DNA of 46,369 bases from Candidatus Altiarchaeota archaeon (lineage in GTDB: Archaea; Altiarchaeota; Altiarchaeia; IMC4; JBDREA01): positions 1 to 46,369 of the forward strand of contig JBDREA010000098.1 of NCBI GenBank assembly GCA_043820265.1, written 5' to 3'. Both the position numbers and the translations under genes were made by a program. Position 1 is the stretch's first letter. Each line of letters begins with the position of its first letter. Shown here piece after piece: positions 1 to 9,223 of the stretch. The notes under the pieces were generated by a model, which worked only from the letters and a program-made list of their open reading frames with translations, made no database searches and was not told the DNA's origin.

Positions 1-492
1 CCCTGGTTCGATTCCGAACCGATTCAAGGCTATCTCAAATATTTCTTTATCCGGCTTCATGACACCTTCAACACACGAATAGATAGTATGTCTGAAATGT
101 CTCTCCAGATCAAACCTGCTTTGAAAAACATTCAATGCATGACAAGTAAGATTGGACAACAACCCAAGTTGATAGGTCTCACCCAATACATTGAGTACGT
201 CCTCGGTTTCAGCAAAGACCTTAGCATCATCTAGTCTGCACTTCCAAAGCCTAGACAAGTCTTCGAGTTCCCCCTCTGAGATTTCCGTCCCCCAGCTAGA
301 AAAGAATTCGGCAAAAAATTCCTTTTCAATGTCGTGGTCTGCAGTCATCAAGGGTTCGACAGTCTTCGTTAAAAAAACATTAGCATCAAAATCAGAAGGA
401 AAAGGATATTTTCTCGCGATCTCAAGTGTAGTCTCATAAGTAGAAGCATAAACCAAAGTATTCCACAAATCAAAGATAACTGCTTTGACCAT
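1..492 (-). CDS. HAD-superfamily hydrolase (3' end outside window)
   Basis: Manual translation, not in ORF track: MVKAVIFDLWNTL (motif I), LGLLSN (motif II), GVMKPDKEIF (motif III); open to window edge. Confidence 0.88.
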   Translation of the reverse strand, partial: MVKAVIFDLWNTLVYASTYETTLEIARKYPFPSDFDANVFLTKTVEPLMTADHDIEKEFFAEFFSSWGTEISEGELEDLSRLWKCRLDDAKVFAETEDVLNVLGETYQLGLLSNLTCHALNVFQSRFDLERHFRHTIYSCVEGVMKPDKEIFEIALNRFGIEPG

Positions 493-495
493 TTT

Positions 496-1125
496 TTAGA
501 AATAGATATTGTAATTGTTTTGAATATCCCCCACTTTACCAACAGGGCCGTGACCAGGAAAAATCTTTTCGACCTCAAATTCCTCCGAAAACGAAATCAA
601 CTTCTCCATTGACTTCTTCAACTCGCCAAAATCCCCGCCTGGAAGATCGGTTCGGCCCACTCCATCAGAAAAGACTGTGTCCCCTGTGAACAATGCCTTC
701 TCCTTGGGACAATAAAGACAAATACTCCCCTTCGTATGGCCAGGAGTATGCAAAACCATAAGAGACAGCCCACCAATCTTCAATTCATCCCCCCCCTTCA
801 ATTTTCTATCGACGGACTGAGGGCCGATAAGGTCACCAAACAGCTCGCTTAAAATAAATGTGTCATTTCCAGATTCAAGAACTTCAGCATCAATCTTATG
901 AACAAAAACCTCACAGCCAGATGACTCCACGAGTTTTTCGTTTCCCTTGACGTGATCGTAGTGAGCATGGGTATTTATTAATGAATCTAGCGTTATACGT
1001 AACTCCGAAATCGCTCGGAGCACAGGTTCGGGATCAATTCCTGAATCAACGACGACCGAATTACCCTGGTCGTATACCAAAAAACAGTTGCTCCCGCTGG
1101 AGTAGCTGATAAGGGGGACAATCAT
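496..1125 (-). CDS. MBL-fold metallo-hydrolase (glyoxalase II-like)
   Basis: THAHYDH, HTPGHT, LFTGD, GRTDLPGG, PGHG motifs; ATG at 1125 preferred. Confidence 0.92.
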   Translation of the reverse strand: MIVPLISYSSGSNCFLVYDQGNSVVVDSGIDPEPVLRAISELRITLDSLINTHAHYDHVKGNEKLVESSGCEVFVHKIDAEVLESGNDTFILSELFGDLIGPQSVDRKLKGGDELKIGGLSLMVLHTPGHTKGSICLYCPKEKALFTGDTVFSDGVGRTDLPGGDFGELKKSMEKLISFSEEFEVEKIFPGHGPVGKVGDIQNNYNIYF

Positions 1126-1242
1126 AACAAAGATATTCCCACACAACCAATTAAAACTGTTCCAGTCGGGTACCCCAACCCTAGACGAGAACTCTCAACA
1201 GGAAAATCCCGCTTAACAAAATAACATAAATTTCCAAAATAC

Positions 1243-1281
1243 GCCGAGGTAAACGCAAGCCTTCAGCTTGCTGACCTCGAC
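1243..1281 (+). repeat. tRNA-Ser acceptor-stem mimic hairpin, copy 1 (empty form)
   Basis: GCCGAGGTAAACGCAAGCCTTCAGCTTGCTGACCTCGAC; TACGCCGAGGT (1240-1250) equals 1418-1428 at the tRNA start. Confidence 0.8.
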
Positions 1282-1306
1282 AAGCACAACAAAGAAATGG
1301 CCTTTT

Positions 1307-1397
1307 GCCGAGGTAAACGCAAGCGCTAAAAATCGCCCTGCGATTTTTGCGCCCAATGAGCGAAGCTCATTAGGGCCTACGGCTTGCTAACCTCGGC
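1307..1397 (+). repeat. tRNA-Ser acceptor-stem mimic hairpin, copy 2, with two inserted bulged-hairpin modules (1324-1351, 1352-1375)
   Basis: GCCGAGGTAAACGCAAG[28 nt][24 nt]CCTACGGCTTGCTAACCTCGGC; ends match both strands of the tRNA-Ser acceptor stem. Confidence 0.8.
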
Positions 1398-1420
1398 TAC
1401 GTACTCAAAGATAACCCTAC

Positions 1421-1547
1421 GCCGAGGTGGCGGAGCCAGGTAACGCGCGGGCCTTGAGATCAAAAAACCAAAATCAACAAAACCGAGTGCGAGACAAGCG
1501 AGCCCGTGGTCCTTCGGACCTCTTGAGTTCAAATCTCAACCTCGGCG
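1421..1547 (+). tRNA. tRNA-Ser(TGA) with 42-nt intron at 37/38 (1459-1500)
   Basis: Acceptor GCCGAGG/CCTCGGC; anticodon arm CGGGC-CTTGAG^A-GCCCG; long variable arm; GTTCAAATC T-loop; BHB with CTTG/CAAG helix and AGA, CGA bulges. Confidence 0.95.
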
Positions 1548-1562
1548 AACTATAAAAAAAGA

Positions 1563-2318
1563 ATGGCTGAAGAAGAAAAAAAGGCAGAGGAAACAAAGGC
1601 TTCCAAGGAGAAGCCTGAAGTAAACGAAGCCCCAAAGATCCCAGAAGAAAAGCCAAAGGCAGCTGAAGCTCCGAAGGTCCAAGAAGAAAAACCCGAAGTA
1701 GCCGAAGCGTCAAAGGCTCAAGAAGAAAAGCCAAAGATAGAAGAATCTAAGCCAAAAGCTGATGAAGTATCGGCTGTCAAAAAAGAAGAGCCTAAAACTT
1801 CTAAGCCTGAAAAAAAGATTGCTAAGACAGGACAAGAAAAGACCTCCGCTGTAGAAGAAGAAAAACCCGAGGAAACAGATGAGAACTTCCAACACAGAGT
1901 CCGAGTAGGAGGCGTGGTCTTAGACGGAAACCTGCCGTTAGAGAGAGCCCTCACAAAGATAAAGGGTGTTGGACCCAGGATTTCAGCTGCCATCCGATTG
2001 TCCTATAAAACAGACAAGAAGAGAATCGGGGAATTCTCAGACTCAGAAATCGAAGAATTAGAGAAAGTCCTAGAAAACATCGCAAATCGATTACCATCAT
2101 GGATGGTCAACAGACAGAAAGACCCAACAAGCGGGAAAAACCTCCATTTCCTTGGGCCAGAATTAGACATGATACATCGAGATGATATCAACTTGATGAG
2201 AAGGCTTAAGACCTACAAAGGAAACAGACACAGCCTCAACTTACCCGTCCGAGGGCAGAGGACTAGGACGTCTTTCAGAAAAGGGACAACTATTGGAGTA
2301 AACAGGAGGAAGAAATAA
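1563..2318 (+). CDS. rps13: 30S ribosomal protein uS13 with ~105-aa K/E/P-rich N-terminal extension
   Basis: ALTKIKGVG, LPSWMVNRQKD, YKGNRHSLNLPVRGQRTR; first gene of the conserved operon. Confidence 0.96.
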   Translation: MAEEEKKAEETKASKEKPEVNEAPKIPEEKPKAAEAPKVQEEKPEVAEASKAQEEKPKIEESKPKADEVSAVKKEEPKTSKPEKKIAKTGQEKTSAVEEEKPEETDENFQHRVRVGGVVLDGNLPLERALTKIKGVGPRISAAIRLSYKTDKKRIGEFSDSEIEELEKVLENIANRLPSWMVNRQKDPTSGKNLHFLGPELDMIHRDDINLMRRLKTYKGNRHSLNLPVRGQRTRTSFRKGTTIGVNRRKK

Positions 2319-2839
2319 TGGGCGACCCAAGAAAACAAAGAAGGAAATATTCGCGCCCATCGCATCCATGGAAGGCCGATAGAATCTTGGAGGAAAACGA
2401 GCTCCAAGAAAAATACGGTCTAAAAAACAAGAAAGAGATATGGCGAGCCAGATCAGAAATCGGTAGATACCGAGAAATCGCAAGAAAATACCTCGCATCA
2501 CCCGAAGAAGAAGGTTCAGCCTCAGAAATCAAAAAGACGCTTGAAAAACTCAATAAACAAGGCATACTAAAATCAGAAAAAATCGAGGACATACTCTCCC
2601 TGACTGTGGAATCGCTCTTAGAGCGAAGACTGCAGACGATAGTCTACAGCAAAGGTTTAGCAAACACCCCGAAACAAGCCAGACAGCTTGTAGTGCACAG
2701 ACACGTCCTCCTAGGAGACAGAGTAGTTGACATACCCAGATTCATCGTCCCCGCAGGCGAGGAAGAAAAACTGACTATATCAAAGAATATTGCGATTGAA
2801 CATGGCCAAAGAAAAGAAGAAGAATCCAAAACCGACTGA
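2318..2839 (+). CDS. rps4: 30S ribosomal protein uS4
   Basis: [44 protein letters not shown]. Confidence 0.97.
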   Translation: MGDPRKQRRKYSRPSHPWKADRILEENELQEKYGLKNKKEIWRARSEIGRYREIARKYLASPEEEGSASEIKKTLEKLNKQGILKSEKIEDILSLTVESLLERRLQTIVYSKGLANTPKQARQLVVHRHVLLGDRVVDIPRFIVPAGEEEKLTISKNIAIEHGQRKEEESKTD

Positions 2840-3431
2840 AGAAGAAGCTTCAAAGGAAGTCAAAGAGACATCCAAGCCTCCCAAAGAAAAGTCTTCGGCT
2901 AAAAAAGAAAACCAGGTAGAGGAGACAACAAAACCTGAAACCGAAGACCCTAAGGAAGGAGAAACGCAAGAAAAACAACAAATCGAAGAAAAGCCCACCC
3001 AAAAACCAGCCCCTCAGAAACCAGAAAGCTTCCAGCAAAAAAGAGAGGGTATGTGGGGTGTACTGCACATCTATTCATCAAAAAACAACACAATCCTCCA
3101 TGTCACAGACCTGACTGGAGCAGAAACCATAAGCATAAAAAGCGGAGGGATGGTGGTAAAATCCCAAAGAGAAGAATCATCACCGTATGCTGCAATGCAG
3201 GCCGCCCAAAGGATGGCAGAGGAAATCCAAGACAAAGGATTCACGGGATTACACATCAAGGTAAGGGCGCCCGGAGGCCACAATGGCCCACTATATCCTG
3301 GCAAAGGCGCGCAAGCAGCTATTAGGGCAATATCAAGAACAGGAATCCACATAGGCCGAATCGAAGATGTTACACCAATACCCCATGACGGATGCAGGGC
3401 TAAAGGAGGAAAAAGGGGTAGGAGAGTCTAG
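2802..3431 (+). CDS. rps11: 30S ribosomal protein uS11 with ~80-aa charged N-terminal extension
   Basis: [49 protein letters not shown]; ATG at 2802 overlaps rps4. Confidence 0.96.
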   Translation: MAKEKKKNPKPTEEEASKEVKETSKPPKEKSSAKKENQVEETTKPETEDPKEGETQEKQQIEEKPTQKPAPQKPESFQQKREGMWGVLHIYSSKNNTILHVTDLTGAETISIKSGGMVVKSQREESSPYAAMQAAQRMAEEIQDKGFTGLHIKVRAPGGHNGPLYPGKGAQAAIRAISRTGIHIGRIEDVTPIPHDGCRAKGGKRGRRV

Positions 3432-3434
3432 ACC

Positions 3435-4040
3435 ATGAATGTAAAACTGCTAAAAAAAGGGAAAACCCGAGTTGAATTCAATGTTAAAGGCGTCGACATA
3501 AAGCTTTTGAACACGCTAAGAAGGATTGTGATATCAGAGATTCCGACCATGGCAATTGAAAAAGTCATCGTCGACGACAACAACTCGGTACTCCACGATC
3601 AATTACTCGCCCACCGCCTTGGATTGATACCCCTGACAACAGACTTAAAGACATACATTTTTCCATGGGACTGCTCATGCAAGGGAAAAGGGTGCGGAAA
3701 ATGCACTGCCATACTGAGTTTGGATGTTAAAGGGCCGGGAGTGATTCACACCTCAGACATGAAATCCAAGGATCCAAAAGTGAAACCCGTTTATGATACA
3801 TCAATAATTGCCAAATTATCAGACAAACACCGTATCAAACTCAAAGCCGAAGCGGTTTTAGGTCAGGGAAGAGACCATATCAAATGGCAGTCAGGTCTGG
3901 CAAGTTACCTGCAAAAAAAGGATGACAGCTTTGATTTTTTTATAGAATCATATGGCCAGCTCCCAGTTAAAGAGCTAACAATAAAGGCCTTCACATACTT
4001 AGAAGACGAAATCACTGAACTGAAAAAACAGTTCAAGTAA
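3435..4040 (+). CDS. rpoD: RNA polymerase subunit Rpo3 (D)
   Basis: NTLRRIVISEIPTMAIE, NNSVLHDQLLAHRLGLIPL, CSCKGKGCGKC, HIKWQ. Confidence 0.96.
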   Translation: MNVKLLKKGKTRVEFNVKGVDIKLLNTLRRIVISEIPTMAIEKVIVDDNNSVLHDQLLAHRLGLIPLTTDLKTYIFPWDCSCKGKGCGKCTAILSLDVKGPGVIHTSDMKSKDPKVKPVYDTSIIAKLSDKHRIKLKAEAVLGQGRDHIKWQSGLASYLQKKDDSFDFFIESYGQLPVKELTIKAFTYLEDEITELKKQFK

Positions 4041-4059
4041 CCCGCAAGAGCACCTATAT

Positions 4060-4144
4060 GCGGGGGTGCCTGAGTCTGGTCAAAGGGGCACGGTTGAGGG
4101 CCGTGTGGCGTAGGCCTGCGCGGGTTCGAAGCCCGTCCCCCGCA
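4060..4144 (+). tRNA. tRNA-Leu(GAG)
   Basis: GCGGGGG/CCCCCGC acceptor ends; CACGG-TTGAGGG-CCGTG anticodon arm; long variable arm; GGTTCGAAG T-loop; usual position between rpoD and rpl18e. Confidence 0.95.
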
Positions 4145-4180
4145 AGAAATCTTAAAAAAAACTAGAAAAAAAGAGGAAAG

Positions 4181-4546
4181 ATGCCCCAGTCGGTAGAATA
4201 CAAAAATCCTGGACGGATAACATTGATAAAAGAGCTAAGGTCCGCGGCGAAGATAAACGGCGCACCGATTTGGAAGTCTATAGCCGAAGAACTCTCAAGA
4301 TCGAGGAGGCAACGCAGAGAAGTCAACCTAAGAACGATCAATCAATACACAAAAAAAGACGAGACAGCAATTGTCGCGGGAAAAGTCTTGGGTGACGGAT
4401 TTTTAGACCATAAAGTGGACATTGCAGCATTCAAATTTACTGAAGGAGCCAGAAAAAAGATAGAGGGAACAGGCGGGAAAGTCCTTAGTATAGACGACTT
4501 GATAAAAAACAATCCAAAAGGATCAAAAGTCAGGATTATAGGATAA
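4181..4546 (+). CDS. rpl18e: 50S ribosomal protein eL18
   Basis: APIWK, RREVNL, IVAGKVLGDG, NPKGSKVRII. Confidence 0.96.
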   Translation: MPQSVEYKNPGRITLIKELRSAAKINGAPIWKSIAEELSRSRRQRREVNLRTINQYTKKDETAIVAGKVLGDGFLDHKVDIAAFKFTEGARKKIEGTGGKVLSIDDLIKNNPKGSKVRIIG

Positions 4547-4548
4547 AG

Positions 4549-4992
4549 ATGATTATAGATGCCAAAGACCAGGTATTAGGAAGAATGTGCGCCTATGCGG
4601 CAAAGCAGGCTTTGCTTGGAGAATACATCATTATAGTGAATGCTGAAAAAGCAATCATCACAGGCACCAAAGACACTATTTTGAAGAATTACATGGCCAA
4701 ACTCAAGATCCAAAACAAAGGCAACTATTTAGACGGGCCATTCCATCAGAAGCGACCCGACAAATTCCTCAGAAAAGCGATTCGAGGGATGCTCCCATAC
4801 AAGAAAGACAGGGGTAGGCAGGCATATAAGAAAATTCAGGTTTACATTGGCGTTCCAAAAGCAGAGATTGAGGAAAAACACAAGATAAAGGTTACTGACA
4901 AGGAACTTAAAGATCAAGTACACGCAAAAACGAATGTGGACCAATATATGACAGTCGGGAACGTATGCAGATATATGGGGGGTAAATGGTGA
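4549..4992 (+). CDS. rpl13: 50S ribosomal protein uL13
   Basis: IIDAKDQVLGR, IVNAEKAIITG, IRGMLPYK, VYIGVP. Confidence 0.96.
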   Translation: MIIDAKDQVLGRMCAYAAKQALLGEYIIIVNAEKAIITGTKDTILKNYMAKLKIQNKGNYLDGPFHQKRPDKFLRKAIRGMLPYKKDRGRQAYKKIQVYIGVPKAEIEEKHKIKVTDKELKDQVHAKTNVDQYMTVGNVCRYMGGKW

Positions 4993-5423
4993 TGGCCCAA
5001 TCAAAGAGTAAATCCAAAGTTGTGAATACATCAGGAAAACGCAAGGAAGCAATCGCCAGAGTCACAATACAAGAAGGACAAGGGATAGTAAGAATAAATT
5101 CTATGCCATTGAAAAACTGCCAACCCAATGCAGCTATGATGACGATCAGACGAGCTCTGGATCTTGCATCAGATGATATTGAGTTAGGCAAGTTGAACAT
5201 TTCGGTAATTGTGAAGGGCGGAGGAATAATGGGGCAGGCAGAAGCAGTCGCCTGCTCGATAGCTAGAGGTTTGCTCGAATGGAGCGGAAGCGAAAAGCTA
5301 TTAGAAAGATACCATGGATATGATAGAACGATAATTGCCGGGGATTACAGACAGACTGAAGTTCACAAGCCAGGCCAAAGCAGCAAAGGTCCTCGCCATA
5401 AAAGACAAAAATCCTACAGGTAA
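4986..5423 (+). CDS. rps9: 30S ribosomal protein uS9 (start may be 4992)
   Basis: SGKRKEAIAR, VKGGGIMGQAEA, KRQKSYR C-terminus. Confidence 0.96.
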   Translation: MVMAQSKSKSKVVNTSGKRKEAIARVTIQEGQGIVRINSMPLKNCQPNAAMMTIRRALDLASDDIELGKLNISVIVKGGGIMGQAEAVACSIARGLLEWSGSEKLLERYHGYDRTIIAGDYRQTEVHKPGQSSKGPRHKRQKSYR

Positions 5424-5429
5424 AACAAG

Positions 5430-5627
5430 ATGATAATTCCAATAAGGTGTTTTAGTTGCGGAAAACCCATATCACACGACTGGGAGGAGTATGACCAAAG
5501 AGTGAAAAGTGGGGAAAAAATAAAGGATGTGTTAGACAGTCTAGGCCACAGTAGGTACTGCTGCCGAAGGATGTTTATAGGCCATTCAGAAATCATTGAT
5601 GAGATAATGGTCTACAAGAGGGTTTGA
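5430..5627 (+). CDS. rpoN: RNA polymerase subunit Rpo10 (N)
   Basis: [12 protein letters not shown]...RYCCRRM. Confidence 0.97.
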   Translation: MIIPIRCFSCGKPISHDWEEYDQRVKSGEKIKDVLDSLGHSRYCCRRMFIGHSEIIDEIMVYKRV

Positions 5628-5634
5628 GAATAAA

Positions 5635-5814
5635 ATGGAAAAAATAGAATACACTCGATATGAGAGGGCCCGTTTGATTGGCGCGAGGGCGCTTCAGATA
5701 AAGATGGGCGCCCCGGTGTTGATAAAAGATATTGGGGAGCTTACTCGGCCGCTTGACATTTCAAAACTCGAACTAGAAACAGGAGTGTTGCCGATTACTG
5801 TTAAAAGAAGATGA
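5635..5814 (+). CDS. rpoK: RNA polymerase subunit Rpo6 (K), 59 aa, missed by ORF track
   Basis: Manual translation [30 protein letters not shown]...[10 protein letters not shown]; stop overlaps rps2 ATG. Confidence 0.96.
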   Translation: MEKIEYTRYERARLIGARALQIKMGAPVLIKDIGELTRPLDISKLELETGVLPITVKRR

Positions 5815-6530
5815 TAGATTCAGATAATACGACTCAAGTCGAGGACGACAAACAATACACCCCCCAGCAAGGGGGAGGACTATTGGTTTCACTTGACGAC
5901 TATTTATCCAATGGAGTGCATGTCGGCTTGAAGTATAAGACAAAGGATATGATGCCTTTTGTGTATAAAGTGCGGCCAGACAAGTTGTGCGTCTTTGACG
6001 TCCAAAAAATAGACGAAAGAATGAGTGTGGCAGCCAAGATGATTTCCAGTTATGACCCCAAGGACGTCTTAGTAGTATCTAACAGGATGTATGGGAGGGC
6101 GCCAATTAAAAAGTTTGCGAAATACACGGGTGTTAATGCTTTAAGTCGGAGGATGGTGTCGGGAGTATTAACGAACCCCCGTCTCGAAGAATTCAAGGAG
6201 CCGAAGTTGCTGATTGTGACAGATCCGACGGCTGACCAGCAGGCAATAAGCGAAGCGACCAATGCGGGCATTCCTGTTCTCGCTATCTGCGACACAAATA
6301 CGAGAACGAAAAACATCGACTTCATCGTTCCAAGCAACAACAAAGGGAAAAACTCTTTAGGGCTGATATACTGGATTTTGACCAGAGAGGTTTTAAAGTA
6401 TCAAGGAAAGGAGGACTTCGACGCCCCACTTGAGGAATTCATAAGCAAGGCCGAACCCCAACCCTACATCTTGACCCAACAGGAGCAGCTAAGGCTGAAA
6501 AGACAGAAGAACAGGAAAAGGAGAAGGTAG
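5811..6530 (+). CDS. rps2: 30S ribosomal protein uS2
   Basis: [41 protein letters not shown]. Confidence 0.96.
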   Translation: MIDSDNTTQVEDDKQYTPQQGGGLLVSLDDYLSNGVHVGLKYKTKDMMPFVYKVRPDKLCVFDVQKIDERMSVAAKMISSYDPKDVLVVSNRMYGRAPIKKFAKYTGVNALSRRMVSGVLTNPRLEEFKEPKLLIVTDPTADQQAISEATNAGIPVLAICDTNTRTKNIDFIVPSNNKGKNSLGLIYWILTREVLKYQGKEDFDAPLEEFISKAEPQPYILTQQEQLRLKRQKNRKRRR

Positions 6531-6560
6531 AGGAGAAGTTATCGCCTTGTTTTGTTTCTA

Positions 6561-7235
6561 TTACCTTTTTTCTTCAAAGAGCAGTTTGCAATTGGCTACG
6601 TCCTGGAGGGTGGGAATATCAATTTCTAAGAACTTTCGACCTTCGAAAATTCTTTTTCTTTCAAGCATTATAACGGTTTTGTTCGGATTTACTCCCCCAT
6701 TTATCAGGAGCCTGGCAGTCTGGATGAATCCGTCGCGGATAATGGTTGTCAAATCACGGTATTCACTTCCATTCTCTGCATTTGCCCTCCACCATTCACT
6801 GATATCCTCCTTAGGATCCTTCTCAGGGGTACCCAACTTTACAAATCCGCTTGGATCATGGGATAGGCCGCTCACATTCGTTATTATGTTGTTAGGATCG
6901 ATCCCCATAGCGCATTGGAGGCTGTTGTCTGTGTGCACCAAGGGAAACAGGTCTGGGTCATGACCGATCAATCGCCCACCCCCAAGAATTAGTGGAAGAG
7001 CTTGGATATCCGCTCTTTCGGTACTTCTTGGACGTATTGTGAACACACACCCCCTCACCTCATGAGGTGCGCCCCTATTCTTACTATTTAATGCTGACTG
7101 GTTCATATATGCATCCAGCAGTGCAACTACCCTTTTGGCAGAGACATTAATTTCTCCGCTACCAGAGTCACCTATAGCCATGAGATCAACGGGAGGATTT
7201 CCACCACTGAGGAAGGTTCGGGTCCTGACAACCAT
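6561..7235 (-). CDS. hypothetical protein (start uncertain, 7235 or 7277)
   Basis: Long ORF filling the gap between eno and rps2; no motif recognised. Confidence 0.6.
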   Translation of the reverse strand: MVVRTRTFLSGGNPPVDLMAIGDSGSGEINVSAKRVVALLDAYMNQSALNSKNRGAPHEVRGCVFTIRPRSTERADIQALPLILGGGRLIGHDPDLFPLVHTDNSLQCAMGIDPNNIITNVSGLSHDPSGFVKLGTPEKDPKEDISEWWRANAENGSEYRDLTTIIRDGFIQTARLLINGGVNPNKTVIMLERKRIFEGRKFLEIDIPTLQDVANCKLLFEEKR

Positions 7236-7283
7236 GGTGATATTTATGAAGGAAGGATTATGTAAAAGATAGGTCAATAAAGG

Positions 7284-8567
7284 CTACATAGGCTTCCTGA
7301 AGTCCTTCCCCGCGTATTTGGCTTTGCTTCCTAGTTCTTCTTCTATTCTCAGTAGCTGGTTGTATTTGCTGTTTCGCTCGCTTCTTGCGGGTGCTCCGAA
7401 CTTGCTTTGACCGGAGTCTAACCCAACGACGAGGTCTGCGATGAAGTTGTCTTCGGTTTCGCCTGAACGGTGGCTGACGGTGACTCCCCAGCCGGATTTG
7501 AAGCTGAGGTTCGCGGCGTCAATCGATTCAGTCACTGAACCTATCTGATTCACTTTTAGAAGCAGTGCATTCGCTGCCTCCTTTTCGATTGCGGTCTTGA
7601 TCCTCTCCACGTTCGTTACGAGAAGATCGTCTCCCATGATCTGGATTTTTCCGCCGAGCTTTTTGTTCATCTCAACCCAGCCCCCCCAGTCGTCTTCGGC
7701 CATGCCATCTTCGATAGAAACTATGGGGAACTTGGAAACGAGGTCTGCGTAGAAGTCTACCATCTCGCCTGAAGAATACTTCGTATCGCCGACCTGGTAG
7801 TGGTCTTCGTGGAAGAACTCACTTGATGCTGGATCCAGTGCCAGGGCGATTTCTGTGCCATATCCCGCTTCTTCTGTCGCCTTCACCATCAATTCAAGGC
7901 GTTCCTCGCTTGTTTTAATTGGAGGCACGAATCCTCCTTCATCGCCGAGTTGGGTTGAGAGGGCTCCAAATTTGGATTTGAGCATCTTTTTGATTGTGTG
8001 ATAGGATTCCACACCCATCCTAAGCCCCTCGGCAAAGGATTTAGCGCCGACTGGCATGTACATGTGCTCCTGGATGTCGTTTTCCATGCCTGCGTGCTTT
8101 CCCCCGTTTACGACATTAAGTTGAGGAACCGGGAGGGTAACACCCTTTCTTCCTGAAAGTTCAGCCAGATAAGCATAGAGAGGCTTGCCAATTAAGCCGG
8201 CAACGGCTTTGCATGACGCCATTGAAATGGGAAGGATGGCATTTGCACCTACCCTACTTTTTGTTTTTGTGCCGTCTAATTCGTTCATAAGACCGTCTAA
8301 AGCTTTTTGCTCTCTGACATCTTGACCTACAATCTTTGGGCCCAGGATTTTATTTACATTCTCAACCGCCTTTCTTACACCTTTCCCATTGTATCTGTCG
8401 TCTTTGTCTCTAAGCTCGAGTGCCTCATGGGTCCCCGTAGATGCACCAGATGGGGCCATCGCCCGAAATAGGTGCCCTGCCACAAAAATGTCTGCTTCAA
8501 CTGTCGGATTTCCCCGGGAATCCAATACTTCTCTCGCTACGCATTTCTCAATTGTGAAACTTGCCAT
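7284..8567 (-). CDS. eno: enolase
   Basis: AREVLDSRGNPTVE, PSGASTG, GDEGGF, SIEDG, LLKVNQIG, VSHRSGET, KYNQLLRIEE. Confidence 0.98.
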   Translation of the reverse strand: MASFTIEKCVAREVLDSRGNPTVEADIFVAGHLFRAMAPSGASTGTHEALELRDKDDRYNGKGVRKAVENVNKILGPKIVGQDVREQKALDGLMNELDGTKTKSRVGANAILPISMASCKAVAGLIGKPLYAYLAELSGRKGVTLPVPQLNVVNGGKHAGMENDIQEHMYMPVGAKSFAEGLRMGVESYHTIKKMLKSKFGALSTQLGDEGGFVPPIKTSEERLELMVKATEEAGYGTEIALALDPASSEFFHEDHYQVGDTKYSSGEMVDFYADLVSKFPIVSIEDGMAEDDWGGWVEMNKKLGGKIQIMGDDLLVTNVERIKTAIEKEAANALLLKVNQIGSVTESIDAANLSFKSGWGVTVSHRSGETEDNFIADLVVGLDSGQSKFGAPARSERNSKYNQLLRIEEELGSKAKYAGKDFRKPM

Positions 8568-8776
8568 GCTCTCACCTCAAAACCAAACATAAAAAAAAAA
8601 AACAAAAGATATATATTGATTGAATGTATAGTTTTTAAATGGCCTCATACAGGGTCACCCAGCAAGAGAGATGAAAAAGGATTTTTGATCCGTGAAGCTG
8701 GGAGTTACTATGGGGCTACACCCACCTTCTATTATTCAGTTTTTATTGGATTAATTGTAATCTAATATCCATTGAA

Positions 8777-9223
8777 ATGAAGCCTAAACATATTATTTCT
8801 ATCGTCTTGGTGTTTGCTGTCGTCTTAATATATTTTTTCGTGATCACGCCCCAGGACAACCGTATGCAGTTTTTCAGCTCCGAGGAAGACATATTCATTA
8901 GAGACTATGAACAAGCATATAGCCCAGTAAAAGAGTGTTCAATGAATTTTACAATATATCATTCAGAATGGAAGAAACGGACTCAGAGAAGCATTAATGA
9001 AAGAGACTGTGGGAGATTGATTTTGTTAAACCAAGAGATCTTGGGATTGAATAATAGATGCCCTCAAGTTTTTAGGGAGTATGAGGAATTTTTTAACAAA
9101 AACCAGGAAAAAATCGAAAATGACGCTTCTTTGTGGACTAACCACATCAGTTTCGAACAAACTTTTAGTGAAATGCGGTATTTTGATGCAAAGGCAAAGG
9201 TTGTTCTAAGCGCCTGCAGTTAA
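8777..9223 (+). CDS. hypothetical N-terminally membrane-anchored protein
   Basis: N-terminal hydrophobic helix; 148-aa ORF. Confidence 0.65.
   Translation: MKPKHIISIVLVFAVVLIYFFVITPQDNRMQFFSSEEDIFIRDYEQAYSPVKECSMNFTIYHSEWKKRTQRSINERDCGRLILLNQEILGLNNRCPQVFREYEEFFNKNQEKIENDASLWTNHISFEQTFSEMRYFDAKAKVVLSACS

Noticed and set aside
1-25. GGTTCGATTCC resembling a tRNA T-loop
   Set aside because: The stem does not extend, no acceptor 3' strand follows, and it lies within the HAD ORF on the minus strand.
8472-8765. 97-aa ORF upstream of eno
   Set aside because: Overlaps the eno start and its poly-A promoter region; no convincing start or motif.
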